Translations under genes and position numbers: made by a program | From: Pirellulales bacterium | Lineage (GTDB): Bacteria > Planctomycetota > Planctomycetia > Pirellulales > UBA1268 | Direction of reading: 5' to 3' | NCBI GenBank assembly: GCA_044236455.1 | Contig: JBIIGJ010000003.1 | Span: 1,806 to 65,805 of the forward strand | DNA length: 64,000 nucleotides | Shown here: positions 29,451 through 38,400 of the stretch, one piece after another | How the letters are laid out: the number at the start of each line of letters is the position of its first letter | Numbering within the stretch: position 1 is the first letter of the stretch | Notes under the pieces: generated by a model | What the model was told of the DNA's origin: nothing | Seen by the model: the letters and a program-made list of their open reading frames with translations, nothing else | Databases searched by the model: none

Positions 29451-30673
29451 CGACTCCCGCCGATCCAAAGATCACCTGCCCCCATTGCAAGAACGAGGTC
29501 CGGCTGACGGAGTCGCTGGCTGCGCCGCTGGTGGAGGCAACCCGCGAGCAATACGAGGCGAAGCTCCGGGCCGAACGCGCAACGATCGCCGCCGCGGAGG
29601 CGAAGAAGGCGAAGCTCGAACTCTCGGCTGAATTGGAACAGCGGGCGAAGGAGCTTGCGGATTTGAACACGGTGCTCGCGGAGCGGGACCGCAAGCTGGC
29701 GGAGGCGCAGAAAGCCCAGACCGATGCCATCCGCAAGCAGCGTGAACTCGACGACGCCAAGCGGGAGCTCGAACTGTCGATCGAGAAGCGGGTGCAGGAG
29801 TCGCTGGCCACGGCCCGCGAGCATGCGAAAAAAGAGGCCGAGACCGATCTCAAGCTGAAGATGGCCGAAAAAGAGCAGACGATCACGGCCATGCAGAGGC
29901 AGATCGAGGATCTCAAGCGGCGGGCCGAGCAGGGGTCGCAGCAGCTCCAGGGAGAGGTGCAGGAGCTCGAAATCGAGGCGGTGCTCAAGCAGTCGTTTCC
30001 AAGCGATGTCTTTGTGCCGGTGCCGAAGGGGGAGTTTGGCGGCGACTGTGTGCACAGGGTGGCCCGTGGCGACGGGCAGCCCTGCGGCACGATCCTCTGG
30101 GAATCGAAGCGAACAAAGAATTGGACCGACACCTGGCTGCCCAAGCTCCGTGATGATCAGCGGGCCGCGAAGGCCGACCTGGCGGTCATCGTGACCCATA
30201 CGCTGCCCAAGGGTGTCGAGACGTTCGGCCACGTCGACGGCATCTGGGTGACGGGCACGCGGACATTCGTGCCGCTGGCCATCGCCCTGCGGCACACGCT
30301 GCTCGAACTGTCGCTGGCCCGCCAGGCCGGCGAAGGACAACAGACGAAGATGGAACTTGTCTACCAATACCTGACCGGGCATCGTTTCAGGCAACGCGTG
30401 ACGGCGATCATCGAGAAGTTCGAGGAGATGCAGGCCGATCTCGTGAAGGAGCGGACCACGATGACCAAGCTCTGGGCGAAGCGGGAGATGCAGATTCAGG
30501 CCGTGTTGGCGGCGACGGCCGGCATGTACGGCGACCTGCAGGGCATCGCCGGTCAGGCGATCGAAACGATCGACGCGTTGGATATCTCCAGGCTTACCGC
30601 AGCCGGTGGGCCCACGCTCGGCCACGCCGAGGCCGAGAAGGCGGGGGCCGGGCAGGCTCGGACTCAGGCGTGA
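29447..30673 (+). CDS. DUF2130-type protein with an N-terminal zinc-ribbon-like CxxC, a long coiled coil, and a C-terminal D...ExK nuclease-like core
   Basis: The ATG at 29447 overlaps the upstream TGA (ATGA). The protein reads MTTPADPKITCPHCKNEVRLTESLAAPL.., followed by a K/E/A/L-rich coiled coil. The C-terminal region reads ..EIEAVLKQSFP..GEFGGDCVHRV..GTILWESKRTKNW..DLAVIVTHTLPKG... Confidence 0.85.
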   Translation: MTTPADPKITCPHCKNEVRLTESLAAPLVEATREQYEAKLRAERATIAAAEAKKAKLELSAELEQRAKELADLNTVLAERDRKLAEAQKAQTDAIRKQRELDDAKRELELSIEKRVQESLATAREHAKKEAETDLKLKMAEKEQTITAMQRQIEDLKRRAEQGSQQLQGEVQELEIEAVLKQSFPSDVFVPVPKGEFGGDCVHRVARGDGQPCGTILWESKRTKNWTDTWLPKLRDDQRAAKADLAVIVTHTLPKGVETFGHVDGIWVTGTRTFVPLAIALRHTLLELSLARQAGEGQQTKMELVYQYLTGHRFRQRVTAIIEKFEEMQADLVKERTTMTKLWAKREMQIQAVLAATAGMYGDLQGIAGQAIETIDALDISRLTAAGGPTLGHAEAEKAGAGQARTQA

Positions 30674-32070
30674 TCGCCCGCGCGAGTGGGGGGCGGGTGA
30701 TCAGCCCCGGCCCCTTCGCCTGCGATCCCCTCGAGTTCCTTCCGAACGAGGTCAAGAAAGAGACGGGCACCCGCGTGCGGGTCGGGGTGCGCGGAGCAGA
30801 GGCAGCAGAGTGCCAAGCGGCCCGCATAAGTCGTCACCCCGATCGACGCGCGGGTTTGTGGCCGTAGCGGCGGCACGCCGAGAGAACCTTGAATCACCAG
30901 ATCGGCCGGAGCGTCGCAGCCGTCTACCTTGCCAACTCCGGACCGCATCCGTCGGCTGGGGTCACCGATATTGCTCACCACCACGGTCGAGATGCAGAGC
31001 GGGAGCCGGGTTGTCAGCCTGAGCAGCCACGGCCAGCGGGCGAGAAAGGCAATGGCATCGAGAAAAAAAGCTGCGGCATTATGGTCGAGAATCCAGCGAG
31101 TGGCCGTGGCGATGGAGGTCGCGAGTTCGTGGGCCTTGGTGCACTGGGCGGCCGTGCGGTCGAGAAAGGCATAGCCAAGGTTGTTGTTCGCAGGCTCACG
31201 CTGTCCGGGCTGACGGAGGTTGACCGGCATCGTCACCCGCACGTTGCCCGGCCGTCGTCCGGCGTGTGTATTCCAGGCGACCGCCGCACGCATCACGGCG
31301 GCGATGATGCTGTCGTTGAGCGACACGCCGCCCGCCGACGCCGCCACCCGCAGGCGATCGGTGGACGCCTGGTCGAAATCGAGCCACATGTAGGGGGGCG
31401 AGCGGGGATCGCACTTCGAATCGACCGCCGGTGAATCAACGCTGGTCGTTACGCGTGCCAGGGGGGTGGGCCAGAAGCTGGCAAACGACCATGCCTCTCG
31501 CGCCATGTCCTGGCCACCGTTGGCCGAGGGTGACTCCGGAGTATTTTCGGCAGGTGGCCCGATTCGCACTGCCCGCGGCGGCGAGAACGTTCTCGGCTGG
31601 ATGCCGGCATACGACGCCCAGATGTCTCCCACAAACTCGCAGCCAGCCACGCCGTCGCAGGCCGAATGATGTATCTGGAAGACCACGCGATGCCCGTGTT
31701 CATCATCGCAGAGCACCACGACTCGCACCCCGCTCTCGCGACGGAGATCGAATGATCGCCACAAGTCGCTCCCGCGTGCTGAAGGGTTCCAGATCACCGT
31801 GGGCAGCACGTCGGGGGTGAGCCAGACGGGATGGCCCTTGTCAGTGCCCACCCGGCTGCAGAGGAGCGGGTGTCGCCGGGCCGCCATTTCCACCGCCTCC
31901 CGGAACCGGTCTTGCTGAAGGGGGCCGGAGACCAGGTTTTCCAGAAAGAAGCACATCGGATGACCCGGGCGGTCGTCGATGAGCATCAGCTGCTCGAACG
32001 GGGTCAGCGGCCGCCCGGCCGTGGGCGAGGCCGGTTCGGCGGAAAAACGGTGCGCAGAGAGGGCGGCCAT
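30664..32070 (-). CDS. Stand-alone condensation/PapA-type acyltransferase (HHxxxDG family)
   Basis: From the ATG (complement of 32068-32070) the protein reads MAALSAHRF..RPLTPFEQLMLIDD... The catalytic motif is FQIHHSACDGVAGCEF. The protein is 468 aa. It is divergent from the PKS gene, and its stop overlaps the DUF2130 stop region by 10 nt (convergent). Confidence 0.8.
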   Translation of the reverse strand: MAALSAHRFSAEPASPTAGRPLTPFEQLMLIDDRPGHPMCFFLENLVSGPLQQDRFREAVEMAARRHPLLCSRVGTDKGHPVWLTPDVLPTVIWNPSARGSDLWRSFDLRRESGVRVVVLCDDEHGHRVVFQIHHSACDGVAGCEFVGDIWASYAGIQPRTFSPPRAVRIGPPAENTPESPSANGGQDMAREAWSFASFWPTPLARVTTSVDSPAVDSKCDPRSPPYMWLDFDQASTDRLRVAASAGGVSLNDSIIAAVMRAAVAWNTHAGRRPGNVRVTMPVNLRQPGQREPANNNLGYAFLDRTAAQCTKAHELATSIATATRWILDHNAAAFFLDAIAFLARWPWLLRLTTRLPLCISTVVVSNIGDPSRRMRSGVGKVDGCDAPADLVIQGSLGVPPLRPQTRASIGVTTYAGRLALCCLCSAHPDPHAGARLFLDLVRKELEGIAGEGAGADHPPPTRAGDHA

Positions 32071-32162
32071 GAGGGTTGTGAGGATACCTTCACCGCCGCG
32101 GTACCGCGAATTCGCCCGGGAAAAGCTGGCTGGAGCCGTCTTCCCCCCCGGGGTCGAAATCG

Positions 32163-32190
32163 TTGACACACAGCCCCTGCCAAGCATACT
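32163..32190 (+). promoter_or_regulatory. Sigma-70-like promoter candidate for the PKS operon
   Basis: TTGACA (32163-32168), a 16-nt spacer, then CATACT (32185-32190). The motif lies ~210 nt upstream of the PKS start. The same TTGACA/nATACT pattern occurs upstream of rho and of the gene at 60573. Confidence 0.4.
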
Positions 32191-32403
32191 GCGGACCTCG
32201 GCAGCCGGTGGCCGGGCTTCGGCCCCGTCGCTTGGCATCTCCCACGGATGGGTCGTTTTTCGCCAAGGCGAACTGACTCGTGTAATCCATCCAACTTCCA
32301 TATCCGACTTGCCCCCGGTGCAGGCTGCACTGTCGGCACGCTTCCACGCGCGCTGTTCGGGAGAGAGTCGCTGGCCTCACGATAGACGACAAGGACGACG
32401 ACT

Positions 32404-35400
32404 TTGAAGGACTCGCTGGCAATCGTCGGCATGGCATGCCGACTCCCGGGCGCTGATGGTCTCGATGCATTCTGGCGGCTGGTGGCGGAGGGCCGGACGG
32501 CCTGGGGCCCTCTGCCCGAGTCACGTTTTTCCCGCGACCTCTACTTTCACCCCGAAAAGAGTCGGGTCGGCAAGAGCTATTCTGAGATGGGCGCCGTTGT
32601 GTCCGACCGACCGGTCGATCCGACAGTCTGTCCGATCACGCCCGCAATGCTCTCGCAGTACGACGTCGCCCACCACATCTTCCTAGAGGTGGCGTCGCTG
32701 GCCTGCCGCGATGCCGGTATGGATCCATTCGCGATGCCAGCCGATCGGCGGACAGGTGTCTACGTCGGCCATACCGGCGGCAGCACGAAGATCGGCGACC
32801 TTGTCTACTCGACCGGCATCGATGAGGCGGCGGCCCTGCTTTCCGAGGTGGACGCGGCGCGGGCGCTCCTTGGCGAAGACGTGGACGCTGTCAGTGCCGA
32901 GGTGACTGCGGCCGTCAGGAAGCGGTATCCCGGGCGGAAGCCGGGCGAGAATCTTGATCTCGGGGCGATCGGCGCCGCCAAGATCGTGCAGGAGGCGCTG
33001 CAGCTCGACGGCCCGTATCTCGTCGTCGACGCAGCCTGCGCCTCGTCGCTGCAGGCGATGGCGATCGGCGCGAGGGCACTGCTACAGGGTGGCATCGACC
33101 AGGCCATCGTCGGCGGAGCCTCCTACTGCAAGTCGGACAGCCTCGTGCTCTTCTCCGCGGCCCAGTCGGTGAGCAACGTCGGGTCGTGCCCGTTCGGCGA
33201 GGCCGCCGACGGCCTGATCACGGCCGAGGGCTACGTGGCGCTCGTCATCAAGACGCTGTCCCGGGCGATCGCCGACGGCGACCGCATTCGCGCGGTGATC
33301 CGCGGCCTGGGCGTGGCCAGCGACGGCAAGGGAAAAAGCCTCTGGGCGCCGCGGCAGGAGGGGCAGGTGCTCGCCGTCGAGCGGGCCTATCCCGACGCGA
33401 CCGACATTGGGCGCATCGAATACATCGAGGCGCATGCCACGAGCACGCAGGTGGGCGATGCCACCGAACTCGGCGCGCTGTCGCGGCTGATGGCGAAACA
33501 CCTGCCTGCGGGCCGACAAATCCCGATCGGGAGCGTGAAAGCCAACATCGGCCACACGCTGGAGACGGCCGGCATCGCCAGTCTCGTGAAGGTGGTGCTC
33601 GCCATGGAGCACGGTGCGATTCCGCCTGGGTCCACCTGCGATGAATTGAACGGGGAATTCGACTGGAAGAACGGCCCCTTCACGGTGCCGAAGGCACCGC
33701 TTGCGTGGCCGGCCCATGTTGATGGCTCGCCGCGGTGCGCGGCGGTGAATGCTTTCGGCATCGGCGGGCTCAATGTCCACGTCTCGCTTGCGGAGCACGT
33801 GCGGGCAACGCGGCATGCCGCACCGACGGCTGCGTCCGCCGCGGATGACGATGCCATCGCGATCGTGGGCGCCGGCTGCGTGTTGCCCGGCGCCCTCACG
33901 CTTGAGGCGTTCTTCGATCGGCTCGAGCGAGGTGAGACGGCGATCGGCCCCGTGCCCTCCGACCGTTGGCTGGCGGGGCGGGCCCTCGACGCCTCCGGAC
34001 CGCGGACGTGGCACGCCATGGCCGATCAGGGCGGATTCGTCCGCGATTTCAACTACGACTGGCGGCGGCACAAGGTGCCCCCGAAGCAGATCGCTGCCGC
34101 CAATCCGCTGCAGTTCATGCTGCTGGAAGCAGCCGATGCCGCCATCGCCGACGCCGGCGGGCCCCAGGCGGGGCTCGAGCGGACGCGGACCGGCGTCGTG
34201 GTGGGCACGCTGTTCGGTGGTGAGTTTGCCAATCAACTGCAGATGGGGCTGCGACTGCCGGAGACGGGCCGCTTTCTGCGCGACGCGCTCGCGAGACGCG
34301 GCGTGGCAGCCGCCGAGATCGACCGAATCGTCGATGCCTACGAAAAGAAGGTGCTCGAGCGGCTGCCGGCACTCGTGGACGAGACGGGCAGTTTCACGAG
34401 CAGCACGCTGGCCAGCCGGCTCACGAAGACGTTCGATCTCATGGGGGGTGCACTGGCGCTCGACTCCGGCGACTGCTCCAGCCTTTCGGCCCTCTCCGCC
34501 GCCGTCGACATGCTCCGCGAGCGGGCATGCGATGCGGTGATCTGCGCCGCGGGCGACCGGTCGATGGACCTGATGGCCTACGAAGGGCGATCGCTCGGCC
34601 GGCTGCTTTCCAAGGCGCCTGTCTCGGTGCTCGATGGACGGACGAGCGGCGGCGCCGTGCCGGGCGAAGGCGCCGTGGTGCTCGTTCTGAAGCGTCTGGC
34701 GGACGCACGTGCGGCGGGCAACACGATCCGCGGCGTGATCCGTGGCGTGGCCGTAGGATCAGGCCGCTCGGTGTCCGAGGCGGCCCGCCGGGTGGTCCGT
34801 GAGGCCTGTGAACGCGCGGTGATCGATCCTGCTGCGGTCGGCGCGGTGGAGGTGGCGATCTCCGCAGGCCATGCGAACAGCGGCGAGGAACTGGTGGCGC
34901 TTGGTGGCCACTACGCCGGATCGGATGCCGCTGGCGAGACGGCCGTCGCCGGCTCGCTGGACGGGCTCATCGGTCACGTCGGTGCCGCCGCCGGTGCCGC
35001 GGGCCTGTTGAAACTCTCGCGGGCGCTTGCAGCCGGCGCGTTGCCGGGAACGGCGGCGCTCTCAGCGGACCGTGCGCAGGTGCACGGGCTCGTGGCGGCA
35101 CGGTCGTCCATGCCGGTTCGCCCGGTCGATGCGGCAGGCTGTCGCGTGGGAACCGTGACCGTGGCCCAGGATCGGCAGGTTGCCCATGCCGTGATCGACA
35201 ATGGTCTCGCGGTGCCGGAAGCTGCGCGGCCGCGGCCCGTCGGCTTGGCGACTGTTCGTGGACCGTCACCCCAGCGGGCTGCGTGTTCGCACGCCGTCGG
35301 GCGTCCGCTGGTGGCGGCCATCTTCCCGGGGCAGGGCTCGCAATACACCGACATGTTCCGCGGGCTCGTGGATGAGTCGTCCGATGCCCGTGCGGTGCTC

Positions 35401-38400
35401 GGTCAGCTCGACAGCATGGCGCGAGCGGCCGGCCGTGAGACGCTCGCCGAGATCGCCTGGCGACCTGACAACGGTCTGGGCACGAGGATCTGGGATACCC
35501 AGTGGGCGATGTATCTGGGCGACCTGCTCGCCTGGGGTGTCTTGCAGGACATGGGTTTCAAGCCCGACGTCGTCGCCAGCCACAGTTTCGGCGAGTTTCC
35601 CTCGCTCGCTGCCGTGGGAGCGTGGAGCGTCGAAGACGGGGCGCGGGCGACCAAGGCCCGCGCCGATGCCGTCGAGCGGCACGGACCGCGGAATGGTGCC
35701 ATGCTCTCGGTGATCGCGGATCGGGCGACGGTGCAGTCGGCGATCGAGCCGTTCACCGGACAGGTCTGGGTCTGTGCCGAAAATGCACCCGAGCAGGCCG
35801 TGATCGGTGGCACGGCCCGGATCGTGGACGCGGTGGAGGTGATCCTCGAATCACGGAGGGTCAAATCGAAGCGGCTCGCCGTGCCGAGCCCCTTCCATAC
35901 ACCGCTGCTCGCGGCCGCGTCAGACGAACTCGCGGCCACGATCCGCAGCCTTCCGATCGCAACGCCGCGGATCACGACCTACAGCAGTACGACGACGGAA
36001 TTGCTGACCCGGTCGGCGGACATCCACGACAGCCTGATTCGCCAGATGACCGAGACGGTCCGCTGGGTGTCGGTCGTCGAGAAGCTCTACGAGGCGGGGG
36101 CGCGCACGTTCGTGGAAGTTGGTCCCTCGGGCGTGCTCACCGGCCTCACGCGGCGAATTCTGGAGGGCCGCGAGGGCGTAACCTTCCTGCAGTTTGACCA
36201 GCGCGGTCGCTCGCCGCGGGAGCATCTCGCGAGGCTGGGGGAGCAACTGGCGGCTGCAGGAGCACTCGGCGGCGGAGCGTCGCAGGAGAGGGTCGCAACG
36301 CCATCGCAGCCGCGGCAGCTGGGACGGATCGTGTCGTTCGATGCGACCACGCGTCGGCGCGAACGCAACCGCTCGGGCGGGGCGGCCCCCCGTGGCGCCA
36401 CGAGGCCGGTCGAGATGGCGGCGCACGAGGAGGTTGGACGCAACAGCAACGGTCGCGTGCATCGTGAGCCCGCGGCGCCGCAGCCGGCTGCGGTCGCGAC
36501 GCAGGTGCTCGAACCGGTGGCAGAGCCGACGAGTCGGCTCGCGGCCCTCGTGCAGGAACAGCCGGCCACCGGAACAGAGGCTTTCTATCTGGAGGACGCC
36601 ATCGCCGAACTGCTGACGGAAGCGGGCATCGAACCGCCGCTCATGCGGGCTGGTGGAGCGAGCCGTGGAGTGCAGACGTTTCTCGACAGTGCGACTCACC
36701 TGTTCGAAATTACCGCAGACGATCATTCGGCGATCCTCTCGGCGGCATCGCGCGACGCGCTCTGCGACGTGCTCGCCCGGTCGGGCGGCAAGTCCCGGTG
36801 GTTGTCCCGCAAACCGGCGAAAGAAGGGCCGGCGGCCGCGGAGCTGGAAGCCTTCCTGATCGACTTCGTGGTGGAGCAGACGGGGTATCCGCGAGAGATC
36901 GTGGAACTTGATGCCGATCTCGAGGCGGACCTCGGGATCGACAGCATCCGCAAGGCACAACTCTTCGGTGAGATCGGCCAGAAGTATGGGCTGACGGCTG
37001 ATGACAGCGTGTCGCTCGATGAGTTCCCCACGCTGCGTCACCTGCTCGGCTACATGCTGCCCCGCGTGGGCGGGAAGTCGGCATCGTCGTCGGCCACGCT
37101 TGTCGAGCCGTCTGCCGTGCCGGCGAATGGTCACGCGGCCAACGGCCATGCCGGCAATGGTCACGTCGCGAATGGTCACGCCCAGCGAACGGCTGCGGTC
37201 GCCCCCGCACCAGCCACTTCGGTTTCAGCCGACGACGGCCTGGTAAAGGAGCTGGAAGCCTTCCTGATCGACTTCGTGGTGGAGCAGACGGGGTATCCGC
37301 GAGAGATCGTGGAACTTGATGCCGATCTCGAGGCGGACCTCGGGATCGACAGCATCCGCAAGGCACAACTCTTCGGTGAGATCGGCCAGAAGTATGGGCT
37401 GACGGCTGATGACAGCGTGTCGCTCGATGAGTTCCCCACGCTGCGTCACCTGCTCGGCTACATGCTGCCCCGCGTGGGCGGGAAGTCGGCATCGTCGTCG
37501 GCCACGCTTGTCGAGCCGTCTGCCGTGCCGGCGAATGGTCACGCGGCCAACGGCCATGCCGGCAATGGTCACGTCGCGAATGGTCACGCCCAGCGAACGG
37601 CTGCGGTCGCCCCCGCACCAGCCACTTCGGTTTCAGCCGACGACGGCCTGGTAAAGGAGCTGGAAGCCTTCCTGATCGACTTCGTGGTGGAGCAGACGGG
37701 GTATCCGCGAGAGATCGTGGAACTTGATGCCGATCTCGAGGCGGACCTCGGGATCGACAGCATCCGCAAGGCACAACTCTTCGGTGAGATCGGCCAGAAG
37801 TATGGGCTGACGGCTGATGACAGCGTGTCGCTCGATGAATTTCCCACGCTGCGTCACCTGCTCGGCTACATGCTGCCCCGCGTGGGCGGAAAGTCGGCAC
37901 CGCGGTGGGCGGCGCCGGCCAAGACGATTGTGGACCGCGGGGAATACTTCGATCGCGGTCTGCGAAGCGGCCGGGAACATGCCGTGGTCATCCGTCTCTG
38001 GGCGAGGCAGATCGCGGCCGGTGGAGTGGCGACACGGCCGACCGGCCTTGATCCGGCCCTCGACGAGGAACTCACCGGCATTGCCGAGGGGGCGGGCGTC
38101 GATGCGGACATCATCGCGGCCGCCTTCGCCGATCCGGCAGCGGCGCTCGGTGGCTGCGACGCGATGATCGTCGCACCGGTCGAAACGGCTGCTGATGCAC
38201 GTGGGCTGCTCGTCTGCTTCGGCCGACATGCCGAGCCTGCTGCGAGATGCTTCGAGGCCAATGGCCTGCGTGGGACACTCGTCGGCGTCAGGGGATTGCC
38301 CGGCGCTGTCGTGGGCTGGAATCAAGCTGGTCTCGTCGCGACGATCAGCCGCGGAAACGCGACGCATGCGCCGGTGGCTTGTATAGTCGAACGGGTTGTG

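Noticed and set aside
25248-29468. Long minus-strand ORFs (25248..27104, 618 aa; 27744..29468, 574 aa) within the AddBA fusion gene.
   Set aside because: They are antisense to a gene with complete helicase and nuclease motif sets, and they have no motifs of their own. I treat them as shadow ORFs.
29287-30625. Minus-strand ORFs 29287..30144 (285 aa) and 29378..30625 (415 aa), opposite the DUF2130 gene.
   Set aside because: Their low-complexity Ser/Arg/Leu-rich translations arise from the reverse complement of a Lys/Glu/Ala coiled-coil coding region. The + strand frame has the zinc knuckle, the coiled coil and the D..ExK block.
21454-30673. A possible tRNA-associated genomic island (tRNA-Ser followed by the ECF sigma, the AddBA fusion and DUF2130).
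   Set aside because: I saw no integrase, recombinase or transposase. I noticed no direct repeat of the tRNA 3' end downstream, and no obvious compositional break. The idea cannot be excluded without genome comparison, but the window does not support it.
30664-30673. A 10-bp convergent overlap of the DUF2130 and condensation-domain gene ends.
   Set aside because: The overlap is real in the sequence but common in compact GC-rich genomes. No hairpin or terminator is visible there, and I see no specific functional implication.
36710-37900. A 396-aa minus-strand ORF with internally repeated peptide, plus the repeated small ORFs (37001..37246 = 37409..37654, and others).
   Set aside because: They simply mirror the 408-bp tandem ACP repeat of the PKS gene in non-coding frames. 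They are not independent genes, and this is not a CRISPR array, because the repeat units are contiguous, 408 bp long and have no spacers.
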